A DNA stretch of 64,000 bases, taken from contig OX597817.1 of NCBI GenBank assembly GCA_951406725.2, positions 41,044,001-41,108,000 of the forward strand, written 5' to 3'. Below, piece by piece: positions 1-12,710 of the stretch. The DNA comes from Octopus vulgaris (taxonomy: Eukaryota). Each line of letters begins with the position of its first letter. The stretch's first letter is position 1. The notes beneath the pieces were generated by a model. That model made no database searches. It saw only the letters and a program-made list of their open reading frames with translations, and had not been told where the DNA came from. Made by a program: the position numbers and the translations under genes.

Positions 1-3000
1 TAAGGTTTCTGCAGTCAAATGTTGAGTTGTTGATAAGCTAACTATACAGGTAATAGGAGAAGCCTTAGCTAAGCTTGTTTTGGTCCCATTAATAATCACT
101 CAAATAAACAAGTCTTATTATCAAAAAGGAAAAACAAAATCATTGAGAATTTTAAATAGACAAAGAGTTGAGTGTTAGCGAAAGATGAAAGTTTTATAAT
201 AAATAACTTCAAAAAACTAAACTTTAAATGTTACAACACTATTCATGTTTAATTGAGTTTATGATATGTGCTAAGAGAGATTTCGGTGTATCGTCTAAAA
301 GTAAATTAAATACAGTTTTCTAACCGGAGAAAAGAATCAACAACAAATTCCACAATTTACATTTCTCTTTTCAAGAATTTTAAAAATAATAAATACAACA
401 TCAAAAGATTATCCTTAAAGTTATCTTATTTTAAACCTGTTCATCTTTAATCCAAATTAAAATCACACCAACATTCAAACAGAATCTAGCAGAAATTGGA
501 AGCTTGTAGAATCTAAATCTTGCTTATTTGTGTCACAAAACGAAATCCATGTGGTTTAGAGGAAATTAGCGGTGAATATATTGTCAAAAATTTCAGAATA
601 CAGAAATATTTATTTAAATTTTTGTTCAATAAGATTATAAATTGCTCAATCACAATGATAATAAATTACTACCATTGTCAGCTTAATTATCATTAATAAT
701 GATTTCTTACTTAGGTATTTGGGCCAATTTTGTAGGGGAGGAAAATATAGGCAATTGAAGAAACCAGTTTATAACTGGTACTTATTGATTCCCAAAGAGG
801 GAATATACAGCAAAGTATATTCGTGGTGGGAATTGAACTCTGAATATAGAAAGGTGAGATGAGATTTTATCAGGCATTTAATCTGGCATGCTATTTCTGC
901 CAGCTCACCACCTCCTTCTTATTATCATTAAAAATAATAACAAAAGCATAAAGTTAAAATTTGCCTATTTTTTTTAAAGGTAGTTTATAGAGTCAAGTAG
1001 TATGTTATTAACTTATTTGACCTCTCCTACAACTATGTAGTACACCCTACCCATCCTATCCATCCGTCCATACATACATATGTACATAGAAAAATTTAAC
1101 TTTCTGGTGAATTGTGCATGCTAAGTAGATTTTCTTTGAGATGAGCAAACAGTTGAACAGACATGGACAAAGCTCCAGTCAGCAGTGACTACGTACAGTT
1201 CCTGAGAAGGCTACTGTAATTTGGGGCTCAAAATAATAGCAAAATAAAATTAACATGAAGGGAATTCTCTCTGTTCTAGACAGTTTTTTTTATATCATTT
1301 GATAAATGAATTTTCTAATTGTTTGATTATTTTGTAATTAGTTCTCAACAGATGTGAATATTTTTGTATTAGAAAACTCATGGTTTTAATGAATGTATTT
1401 TTTTAAAGAATAACTCAATTCCAGGTATGTTTTATATTATATATATTATATTTATATATAACATATATATTTGATGAGCTGTTCCAATCTCAAATAAAAT
1501 AAGTATTTTTTTTCTTCATAATTAATAATTATTAATGCTCTTTTTTTTAAAAAAAAGGGGAAATTAACTTGGAATTGAAACAAAAATAACAATCGCAAGA
1601 TTATAATCATATAAAGTTTACTACTACCCTCAGGGCAGTTGAAACAATTTTAAATTGATGAGGGATTTTTTCAGAAGATAGATCTTATATTGGTTAGAGT
1701 CTAATCTAGTTGAAGAAATAAAGTTGAGAGATCCTCAGATAGTTAAGGGGTTAAAAGCTATATTGAGTGAGTGAGTGAGTGCAAAGGGAGATTGCCATTG
1801 AAGGTTGGTGTGCCGGCATGTAATATTCATATATACTAGCACACATGAAAAAAAAGGTGCAATTGGAATGTAGATACGTATTTACATATGTATTTACTAA
1901 AAACAAATTTGGTGGTGGTGGTAGTAGTAGTTGGGGGCAGGGGATTCTGTATGTAGTCATACATGTGTGTGTGTATGTGTATAATATATACATACATACA
2001 TATGCAAACATACATATACATATATAAATTTATGAGTCTATCAAATAGCTATAAAAGCTAGTCTCAGTGTACAACACATGAGCCCTAAGCCAATGAGGGA
2101 ATATTGTTTTCCATTTGAAAGACAAGCCAAAACTGAGCTCTCAGTAGTAATGCTCTACAAATGATAAATAGGAATTAATGAAAGGAGATGGATGTTCTGA
2201 GAGTTCTTAGTTAGGGAAATATGTCACCTTGGTGGTCATCAACATCAGCAGCAGCAGCACAGCTGGTCTTTTATACAAATTTGATCCTTTCTGTTGTAGA
2301 AGGTATCAAACAACAAGTCGAAGGAAACAGCTGAGGGGACCGTTTTATGGAAATAGATTGGTCAATTTATAATACATAGCTTAGAAGTTGAAAGAACAGT
2401 AAACGAAAACAATAAAAACAAAAAACAAAACAAACAAACAGAAAACGAACTAAATACCAGCTTGGTTGGTAATGATGATGATGATAAGCAACACAAAAAA
2501 ATTGTTCATCTATAATAGTTGCTATGAGTAACAAATTTCGGAAGAAAAAAAAATGAAAAAAATTTAGCATTTTTCATGGCTAATGAAGTGAGATGATTTA
2601 TTAAAAAAACAAACAAACAAAAACGTGACTAGCTGCTAAATATTACAAATCAGCATATACATAGATATATATATATATATGAGCAAAATGATATGTCTTC
2701 TGCAGTTGTACAACCATCCGGACTTGGCCAGCTGTACAACTGAGTCCAAGATTTGTTTTGTGTGGGGGGGGGGGGGTAAGCTTAAAAGTAACAAGAATAT
2801 GAAGGGGGTGAAAAAACAGTTATGAAAACATAAGAGTTGGGAATGGGAGGAAGCCTACGTATATAATAAGCTCAATAACATTATGAAATATCTGTGACGA
2901 AAATGAAACAAAGGGTGGAAAAAACCAAACAAGACGAAACAAAAGACCTAAGTTTCTAATGCGTTTTGCTTTTTCCACTTCAGTTAACTAAAAAAAGAAA

Positions 3001-4025
3001 TTGTTTTTTCATCAACAATGACAGTTCTTTTACCGTTTTATAGTGTTAGTATATATTAAAATGAAACACACATACATTCATGCCAATGTACTCAAAATAA
3101 TATGTCCCCCCTCCTTTCCTTCATAATTTCCATACCCCCATGTAAATAATTCAAAAGATAAGTTAGAATTGTGTGATAAGGGTAAGGTTCAGGGAGGCCC
3201 TTTGCTCCTGCACATAAAAGCAAGAACTCAATAATAATAATGATAGTAATAATATTTTTTAAATATTGATAATAATAATAATAATGATAATAATAATAAT
3301 AATAAAACAGCAACAACAACAGAAAAAAAACAAACAAAAACACTCTCTTTGGAAAGGGAATTAATAGAATCACATCGTATGATTAGCCTTCTATGATGAT
3401 TATGTGAAGGGAGAGAAAGAGCCCAGTGGGAAGAAAACAGCAATATTAACAACAACAATAACAGAGCCACCTGATGAATCTAATTTAAAAAATAAATATT
3501 GGGGAAAAAAAATTAGAAAGAAGATAATCATTTGAGTGAAAGTGACAGAGAGGGAGAGAGAGAGAAGGTAAGCGTGTCTGCTAATTTAAGTTATTTGGTC
3601 CATGTCTTTCACTTCTTCTAAAGCCAAGAGCAGAGAAGTGAGTAAGGGAGAGGCAATACTACCTTCCTTCCTGCGATCAATGCAACCTCCCCATGTAATA
3701 ATATAAATCATTCTAAAATCCCGACAATCAGGTTATTCACTGTCGTTTACCTCACTCGTCAGGTGTAAAAGTAAACACAATTGAAATAACTATCACTGTA
3801 GTTGCAGATGTTGTTGTTGTTGTTGTCGTTGTCATCGTCGTCATCATCATCATCATCATTGCTGCTGGCATGGTGGTTGGTTTGTTTGGTAGTTTGGTAG
3901 TTTTAAATAGCATTATGGCACACTTGATGGTGACAGACATGTTATATTTTGTATAATATAAAGAACTGGGTAAGTTAGACAAAGGTGAAATGGGGAGGAG
4001 CCGAAAAAAACAGGGAAGAAGATGG
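1..4025 (-). other. 3' UTR and downstream region of the kinesin gene (transcript end not determinable)
   Basis: Follows the TAA at 4026-4028. AT-rich with short triplet repeats (TAA, TTG, TCA); no credible ORF. Confidence 0.45.
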
Positions 4026-4378
4026 TTATTTTCGCTTGGCAGAACTTGCAGAAGTTGGCCGCATGAACGAAGATGGCGATGTGCCAGCCGTAGATGACAA
4101 AGATGAAGAAGTGGTTCCATTGCCAGTACCAACTGAGACAGCAACAGCAGCAGCAGAGAGATTTGAGCTGGAACGTGACAGTGGAATGGAACCAGTGACA
4201 GCTGTTAAGCTGCCGAGACTTCGCCGGTTGCTAGCATGGTAGCTGCTCAAACCTGACTGATTTTTTTTTGTGCTACGACGCCGTTTGTCCCAGATTAGTT
4301 TATCATGTCGCACGAAAATTCCATGTTTTGAACGACACTTGAAATAACGAGAACCATTGACTGAGCCATCGTTTTTAC
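4026..4378 (-). CDS. KIF13B: Terminal coding exon of KIF13/Khc-73-like kinesin-3: second half of CAP-Gly domain plus Ser-rich basic tail
   Basis: Acceptor ...tctttgttctag|GT AAA AAC GAT GGC. Reads (G)KNDGSVNGSRYFKCRSKHGIFVRHDKLIWDKRRR...SFMRPTSASSAKRK*, containing the CAP-Gly GKNDG motif. TAA at 4026-4028. Gene identity inferred from the C-terminal CAP-Gly after a long Ser-rich region; the motor domain is outside the window. Confidence 0.85.
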
Positions 4379-5020
4379 CTAGAACAAAGAAAAAGAAAAA
4401 AAAGCTATAGAGAAAAAGAAATTTTTATAGAAAAACACACAAATTGAAGGACGAGGTAATTACTGGTACAATGATTAGAATGAAGATCAATAATGGAGTT
4501 AACTGTTTTCATTCCAGTTGAATCAGTCATGGGACATGACAATATCCAAACAGTACACCACTTAAAGTCACCCATTGTCTCAGTTCTGTTGTCAAAGGGA
4601 GTCTCTGTGTTGTCCCATGATTTGCTAAAATTAGCAGCTAAATCTCCCTCAAACCAACCCCTGCCATCTTAAACAAAATGGGATTGCATCAGGCAATGGA
4701 GTCCTAGAAAGAAACTCCTAAGATGATGAGGTGGTCATAACTGGAATGCTTTAGAGCACAAGCTTGCTCAATGAGGTTTGATGCTGAGCTAAACAACAGC
4801 AATTGTACTTTGTTGGTTTGTTTTTATGTCTGTTTTACCATGCTGGCATGGGTCAGACACAAAACATTGTTTAACAACCAGATGCTCTTACCTGTTTTTT
4901 AAAAGTGCAGAGCTAGAACATAATTTGCTGGCAGAGAAATCACAACAAACTTTACTACATGTGGCTCAGTGCTTCTTCATGCAATGCATGTAGGATGGAA
5001 GCATTCATACACATGCACTT

Positions 5021-5055
<35 letters not shown>

Positions 5056-5293
5056 GGGCTTTCAAATAATTTCCACCAATCAAATTCACTCAAAAGGTAT
5101 TGGTTGGCTTGGAGCTGTAGTAGAAGACATATGCCCAAGGTGACATGTAGTGGGACTGAACTTGAAGCCGCACTTCTTAAACATGCAGCCACAAAATAAT
5201 ATAAAGCTGAAAAAAATTACAAAAATTCTAATTTTTGGCAATGCAAAGCATTTAAAACTTATACAATACAACAAATAAATATATTTAACATGC

Positions 5294-5506
5294 CTTCAGG
5301 ATTGTCTAGTTCGACTCCAATCCAAATTCCACTAGCAAAGTGAACAGTACCAATAAACTGAACAACTCCAGGTTTAGAGTATCCCTTAGAGGACGTGACG
5401 ATTACACCTTCTCCTTGTTGGATCCAAGTGGGTAGTGGGCCTTCATGGAGACGGTCCAGGTCAGCACGGCTTCCAAACGAACATAAACTCATACTGTCTT
5501 CTCCAC
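5294..5506 (-). CDS. KIF13B: Penultimate coding exon: first half of CAP-Gly domain
   Basis: 213 nt, phase 1-1. Acceptor tttttttctgaag|GT GGA GAA. Reads GEDSMSLCSFGSRADLDRLHEGPLPTWIQQGEGVIVTSSKGYSKPGVVQFIGTVHFASGIWIGVELDNPE. Donor GAAG|GCATGT joins to give PEGKNDG. Confidence 0.88.
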
Positions 5507-5578
5507 CTTCAGAAAAAAAGAGAAACAACAGGGAAATGTTAGCAGAAGAATATGAAACAGAGAGCAGGGGAAAGATAA

Positions 5579-6105
5579 CATCATCATCATCATCATCATT
5601 GTTTAACGTCCGCTTTCCATGCTAACATGGACTGGACGGTTTGACTGAGGACTGGCGAAACAGATAGCTGCACCGGGCTCCAATCTTGATCTGGCAGAGT
5701 TTCTACAGCTGGATGCCCTTCCTAACGCCCAACCACTCCGAGAGTGTAGTGGGTGCTTTTACGTGCCACCAGCACGAGGGCCAGTATTGGCAATGGCCAT
5801 GCTCAAATGGTGTTTTTGACATGCCACCTGCACAGGAGCCAGTCCAGTGGCACTGGCAATGACCTCGCTTTAATGTTTTTTCATGTGCCACTGGCACAAG
5901 TGCCAGTAAGGTGACGCTAGTAATGATCACACTTGAATGGTGCTTTTTACATGCCACCAGCACGGAAGCCAGTTAGCTGCTCTGGCAACGATCACGCTCG
6001 GATGGTGCTCTTAGTGCTCGACTAGCACGAATGCCAGCCATTAAATTTGATTTCGATTTCACTTGCCTCAACAGGTCTTCGCAAGCAGAGTTTAGTGTCC
6101 AGGGC
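5579..6105 (-). mobile_element. (GAT)n-tailed retroposon (family E) with internal ~60-bp subrepeats
   Basis: Core ctacagctggatgcccttcctaacgcc..accactccg, with repeated gtgccac..gcac units. Family copies also at ~6690-7070, 7190-7400, 46562-46680, 48750-48912 and 63830-64000. Confidence 0.8.
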
Positions 6106-6285
6106 TGTGAGGATAGTGGGTTTGGAGAGAGAGAAGAGCAGGGAAAGAGAAAGAGGTGGGGGATACATTTCCTGCATAAAGTTTATTGGTACAAGAAACT
6201 GAAGAGTCTTCATCAATGTGAGTCTTAACAGTAAATGAAATAGACTCAAATAAATGAATAAGTTCCAGTACATTGATTTTTAGTG

Positions 6286-6445
6286 GAGGCACATGGCCTA
6301 GTGGTTAGAGAAGCGGACTCGCAGTTGAGGGATCACAGGTTCAAATCTCAGACCAGGTGATGTGCATGTTTATGAGTGAAACACCTAAGCTCTAGCAGAA
6401 GGTAATGGTGAACTTTTGCTGACTCTTTCGCCACAACTTTCACTT
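6286..6445 (+). mobile_element. SINE family B, 5' part
   Basis: TGGCCTAGTGG and GGTTCAAATCTC; body matches 42300-42478. Confidence 0.8.
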
Positions 6446-7117
6446 TTGATTGTGTTGAATTGTGGGTCTATAGCTATGACCCCAAAACCACTGCTCAGTT
6501 TTCACAGTAGTAGATACACTGCCAACAAGATTTCAAGACATTAAGGAAATCCAAGTGAATGCAACAAGGCAGCTGCTTGCTATCCCAGAAAAAGGAGTTC
6601 CAGGATTGCTTCCATCAATGGATATGATGCTGGATAAAGTGTGTGGCTTTAGAAGAGGACTACTTCAAATGAGATTAAATGCTGAATTGATATCATCATC
6701 ATCATCATTTAATGTCTGTTGCCCATGCAGGCATGGGTTGGATGGTTAGACTGGGCTGGCACGCTGGAAGGCTGTGTCAGGATCCAGTCTGATTTGGCAT
6801 GGTTTTCTATGGCTGGATGCCCTTCTTAATGCCAACTACTCCGAGAGTGTAATGGATGCTTTTACGTGCCACTGGCACAGATGCCATTTGCGTGACACCA
6901 GGGTGTGTTTACATGCTACTGGCATGGGTGCCAATTTGCATGACAGCAGTATCTGCCATGACTGTGATTTTGCTTGGTTTGATGGGTTTTCTTCTCAAGC
7001 ACAGCATAATGCCAAAAGTCTTCGTCATTGCCTCCGTGAGGCCCAACACTCAAAAGGAGCTCAGCCGTTCTTTTTTTCTTTTTATTGTACTAACCATGAT
7101 CCTTTATGATCAAACCT

Positions 7118-7149
<32 letters not shown>

Positions 7150-7500
7150 AGTGAGTGAGTGAGCATGCATGCATGCATATATGCATGTTATCATCATTTA
7201 ATGTCCATAATCCATGTTGGTATGGGTGGGATGGTTTGACAGGATTCGATGAGCCAGTATTGCATTGGACTCCAATATCTGCTTTGATAAGGTTTCTATG
7301 GCTGGGGCACTTCCTAACACCAATTACATTCTCTACTGCGTGCTTCTTTTCATGGCACCAGCACGAGTGAAGTCACCAAGTAACTTGCAAGACAAAACCC
7401 CTTGACATCATGAGGGTGCAAATATGGAATCATTGAGGCTAAAGTAACTTAGGGGGGACAAGAACAGGTGGCTAACTGTAGAGGACATACATACATACAT

Positions 7501-8083
7501 AGAAGCCATCGCCACTCATAATAAAAAAGAATACTGGTGGAATGTTCCAATGAAGACCTCAATAAAATATTAGAACGACAGACCTGATATAATGATTTGG
7601 GATAGAGAAGAGAAACTGTGCACAGTTGTGGAAATTAGCTGCCCAATGGATGTTAACATAAAGCTGAAGATCAGTGAAAAAGAGAACACCTATGCTGAAA
7701 TATTGAGAAATCTGCAGTTACTCTATCCAGATTATAAGTTCAGGTTTATACCTGTAATTATTGGGGCTCTGGGATATGTAACACACTGCCTAAATACCAA
7801 TCTTGAGAAATTAAGCTTCTCAAAACCAGAAAGGAGAAATCTAATTTGAAGACTACAGATCCAATCCATCACTGGAACTGTAAAATTCTGTAAAAATTTC
7901 CAGAAGTTTATCATTTAAATATATATGAACATACAAATCTGCATGCACTTACATACATACAAACAAAGAAACACAAAAATACCCTGTTGTTGATGTTGAA
8001 ATTCCAATGAAGGAGCCTTGGATCTAGGTTAGAAACTGTTTCTTTATTGGCAAGAAACCTTGAAATAAACTGAATAATGACAA
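7501..8083 (+). mobile_element. 5'-truncated non-LTR retrotransposon with restriction-like endonuclease domain (R4/Dong/NeSL-like), decayed
   Basis: Translation ...DRPDIMIWDREEKLCTVVEISCPMDVNIKLKISEKENTYAEIL...FIPVIIGALG... matches the RPD..E..P..K..KY RLE signature. In-frame stops are present; flanked by (ACAT)n. Confidence 0.8.
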
Positions 8084-11000
8084 ACACACATACATAAAAC
8101 ATACATACAAACATGCATGCATGCATACATACATACATACAAACATACAATCAACCCCTGGACATTACTGTCTTGAGTCTTAGGGCTCATATGGCTGAGT
8201 ATCTGTTTTTCTTGGTGTGTGTAAAGTGACTGGGATCGCAATAATACTCACTCAACCGGACACCGATTCATTGGATGGTTATTCATTTACAGCTGAATGG
8301 GGCTGGAGCAATGCGAAGTGAAGTATTTTTCTCAAGAACACAAAGCACCACATGGTCTGAGAACTGAAACCATGATCTTGCAATTGTGAGTGAAACAGCC
8401 TAACATCTAGGCTATTTACCTTCATAAATATGCATGCATGTGTGTACATACATGCACACACACACACACTTCTGTATAAAATTGGTGTGTTGGAGAGTAG
8501 TAATAACTTATGGCATTTATGTTCTCAAGGGACGTAACTCCCCAAAAGAGATCTGACTGAAAACTTTAGTGAAATTTGTGATTTGATAAAATATGAACAA
8601 GCCTAAACACTGGATGAAATAACTGACAAAAACTTTTAAATGATGTGCTCTAGCATGGCCAGAATAAAATCAGTAAAATAATAAAATGATCTTGAATGAA
8701 TGAAAGAATCTGGAATTATATTAAGATAATGTAGAATTGGTAGAAATTGCATAGTGCCAGACAATGGTTGCCATTTAGCTCCAGGATGGCCACTTTGAAC
8801 GGGGCGCTTTCTTCATGGCACCAACACTAGTGAGGTCACTGAGTAACTTGCAAGACAAAACCCCTTGACATAATGACAGTGCAGTATGGAGAGAGGAGTC
8901 TTTGTGTCAGGTGTTGAGGCTGGATGGTAATTAGAGGTAAATTTGGCTTCCATTTCTAGCAAATTTAGTAACAATGTACAAGATTGTTTGCTCATATACT
9001 ACAAAGAGGGAGTCCTTGCTTAGTCACTCAACATGCAAGAAACAACAGCCAAACTGCACATTGTTCTAAACAATGATGAGTACATTGGACAATGTAGCCA
9101 CTGGTATAAAAAAAAATATGGATGGTCATGACACATATACATATGTATATGATACATATATACACACATATGTATATACATGTACACACACATCTTCTTT
9201 CACTTGTTTAATTACTAGACTGTGGCCATGCTGGGGCACCACCTTGACGTTTTAGTTGAGTGAATCGACCCCAGTACTTACTGGGCTTTGGTGAGCCCAG
9301 GGCTTTGAGGTGCCATGTAGTGGTTGGGAAGCAAACTTCTAACCATACAATCACACCTATACCTATACATACATACATATGTGCATGCATAAGCGCAGGC
9401 AGGAGTGTGTGGCTATGTTCAATATGGAACCACAAGGCCTAGGATTTGTTCCCATAATGTGGATATTGTCAGCTGGTGTCTCGGACTATAACCATCCTCT
9501 GACCAATACTTTGTGAAAGAAATTGCCGTGTGTGTGTGTGGGTGTATGTATTCCCCGTGTTTTGACATCTGTATGCTGGTTGTAGGTAAATGTTATTTTA
9601 TCACAGAGTTATGTGTTTATAATCCTCTGTGAAAGTATGTCTGGGTTGTTCATTGTTTGATAGACTTGGGGAAAAATTTCACAGAAAGAATGTTCAACCA
9701 TAGGAAAAATTCTGCCTCAACAAAGTTCCATCAGACTCATACAAACAGAGAAAAGTGGATGTTAAAATGATGATAATGATGATTACGTGTCCAAAGGAAG
9801 AGATCAACAAATGGCCATAAATGAGAAATTTGCAGCAATGATGGATAGAATCAGATTCAAAAGAACATAAAAATCATATGATATGTATTGAGTACTTTTA
9901 TGTCTGTTCATCCAAATGTATATATTTATACATCCAACTACCACTTATTACTTTACATGAAGTTTAATCCACATTACTCCACAAGAAGCATAGGGCCAGG
10001 TTCTAAGTTTTCATGGTGTATATATTCCCCTCCTGGATGTGATGCTGGTCCACCACAAGATCACTCATTTTTACTAGCTGAGTGGACTGGAGCAACATGA
10101 AATGAAGTGTTTTGCTCAAGAACAACGTATCGCCTGGTCCAGGAATTGAAACCACACTCTTATGATCATGAGTACAATACCCCTAACTACTAAGGCTCAA
10201 CTACTTTACATGAAGCATTGGAAAAAATAAAGTAAAATCTTATAGAATTGTAAAGTAATGTTTTAAAATAGTTTTCTGTATTCTATCAGATAGCCGTCAG
10301 TCACTATAATACACTTCATAAACGAAAGACTAAGTTAATTGAAAGTATTTATTGCAATTAAAACTCCACAGGGCAAACTAAAATAATTATTTTCAATTAA
10401 CATGGTGGAACTATGTAAAATTGGACAGGAGGTTTGAATAAATCAAGCTTACAGTTTGAAATGTTATAATCAACATTAATTCTCTAAAAGTACAACAGAA
10501 TATTTGGAATGTTAAATTAAGTCTCATCATAATTATTAGTATCTACTCTTCTATGCTGATATGGGTCAGATGACATGTGTTGAGGCAGATTTTTCTACAG
10601 CTGAATGCATGTCCAGTCACCATCACTTATCTGTTTCTGAGTAAGGTAATATTTTCTCCCAGTCTGGACATGCAAGCATGAAAAACTGCAAACAAACGAT
10701 ACTGCTTCTATGATGATGAAATTTGTTTACAATTAACAAGTGGTGTCAAAGCAATTCATACCCATGTGCAGACATACATACAGACATGCATGAATGCATA
10801 CATACACACTCCAATGGGACTGAACCTGAAACCATATGGCTTCAAAGCAAAGTTCTTAACCACAAGCCATACCAGCACCATAAGTTGGATGGTTTGACAG
10901 GAGCTGGCCAAGAAGAAGGCTACACCACACTTCTGTGCCTGTTTGGCATGGTTTTACTTCTGTGTTCGTTTAATCATTGTTTAACATCCGCTTTCCATGC

Positions 11001-11679
11001 TAGCATGTGTCTGTTTTCAAACTGTAAGCTTGATTTATTCAAACCTCTTGTCCAATTTGGCATGGTTTTACTGATATATGTAAAGATATAAAAGTTGAAT
11101 ATTATAAAAATGAAACTACATTATTGAAGATAATATTAATTTACAGTGGTTTAAGAGATTGCTCAGAGAAACTCAAACTCAGAGGGTTAATATAGAACTA
11201 GGCTAAGGGTATGCATGTGTGTGTATGTATGTAGTGCCTAACCAGTTGCTCATTAATTTCATGAGTAGGCTGTTCCTTTGATCAGATAAATTGGAACACT
11301 CGTTGTCGTAACCGACGGAGAGTCAGGCCAATACACTAAAACCCTTAAAAGAAACAACAAATATGGTGCTTATAAATTTGGCCAAATTCATTAAATTATT
11401 TAACAGACCTACAATCACCACCACCACCATCATCATTAAATGTTTGCTTATCTATGCTTGCATGAGTAAGATGAAATTTTTTCTATAGCAGGATGCAATT
11501 CCTGCCACCAATCCTCCTTCATTTCTCAATTTAATAATATTTTCTTAAAACTAGACATATTTTTTTGAGAAGATTGGAAACAGACGTTTTTTCATGAAGA
11601 TGCTTATTTACCCCACAAGATGAGATGTTTAGCCAAGGGTACACACAAACATACAAACACATTACGTATATGCATGTAA

Positions 11680-12005
11680 AGGTATATGGCTAAGTGGTTA
11701 GAGGACTCGGCTCATGATTGTAAGGTCATGAGGTTAATTCCTGGCAATGTGTTGTGCTATTGAGCAAAGCATTTTATTTCCCACTGCTCCAATCCACTCA
11801 GCTGGCAAAAATGAGTAGCACTTGTATTTCAAAGAGCCAACCTTCTCACATTCTCTGTTAGGCTGAATCTGCCTGAAAATCACATTAAGGGTACATGTGT
11901 CTGTGGAGTGCTCAGCCACTTGCATGTTAATTTCATGAGCAGGCTGTTCTGTTGATTGGATTTAATTGGAACCCTTGTTGTTGTAACTAATAGAGTGCTA
12001 GTTAG
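11680..12005 (+). mobile_element. tRNA-derived SINE (family D)
   Basis: TGGCTAAGTGG A-box and GGTTAATTCC B-box-like motif; its 3' segment (ttaatttcatgag..ggctgttc) recurs at 11250-11325. Confidence 0.6.
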
Positions 12006-12010
12006 TTAGC

Positions 12011-12011
<1 letters not shown>

Positions 12012-12101
<90 letters not shown>

Positions 12102-12423
12102 GATGTATGTATTTTTCCCTTGTTAACAATTAACATGGAAAAAAATATATAAATAGTTACCAGGGTAGCAAAAAATCACACAAGTAAAAAGGTAACTCCT
12201 TGTTTTAAAGGTAGAAACTACGGGTGAAATATTTTGTATAATATATATATAAATAAATAAATGGAGTTAAAATGTCTTATTGACGAGTTTCATTTCTTCA
12301 TTTACCTGAAGAGAAGATTACATTGTTTTACATCATTTTATTCCTTTGGAATAATACCAGTGATATCTTCGAAACATATGTTGGAAGTAAAAGAATTTGA
12401 ATAACAACTGCATTTAACTCCAT

Positions 12424-12466
<43 letters not shown>

Positions 12467-12545
12467 ATGTGGTGTGTGTGTATATGTGTGTGTATATATG
12501 TGTGTGTGTGTGTGTGCGTGCGTGCATATATATATATATATATAG
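12012..12545. repeat. Compound (TG)n/(TA)n microsatellites flanking the hammerhead-containing insert
   Basis: TG/TA tracts at 12012-12095 and 12424-12545. Confidence 0.85.
12260..12424 (+). ncRNA. Type I hammerhead ribozyme motif (minimal, Penelope-like-element type)
   Basis: CUGAAGA (12306-12312), stem II GAAGAU/AUCUUC (12313-12318/12365-12370), GAAA (12371-12374), palindromic CAUAUG, then UU. Outer pairing AUGGAGUUAAA with UUUAACUCCAU. Confidence 0.7.
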
Positions 12546-12548
12546 ATA

Positions 12549-12710
12549 TACGCAATGGCTTACTTTCAGTTTCCATCTATTAAATCCATTCACAAGGCTT
12601 TGGTCAGCCCAAAGCTTTATTAAAAGACACTTGCCCAAGGTACCACGCAGTGGAACTGAACTAAAGACCACAAGGATGGGAAGCAAGCTTCTTAACCAAA
12701 CATCAATGCC
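12549..12710 (-). mobile_element. SINE family A head, diverged
   Basis: Reverse-complement similarity to 15751-15920. Further decayed heads near 5055-5195 and 57570-57730. Confidence 0.7.

Noticed and set aside
3752-4242. Overlapping ORFs 3752-4144 (-) and 3985-4242 (+)
   Set aside because: Alternative-frame or antisense shadows of the terminal exon and triplet repeats.
6092-6292. Possible extra exon (THIDEDSSVSCTNKLYAGN)
   Set aside because: The open frame is phase 0 while this intron is phase 1; the phase-1 frame stops at once and the donor is weak.
6286-6360. tRNA genes here and at 42405-42478, 15751-15830
   Set aside because: A/B boxes are present but there is no complete cloverleaf, and they continue into SINE bodies.
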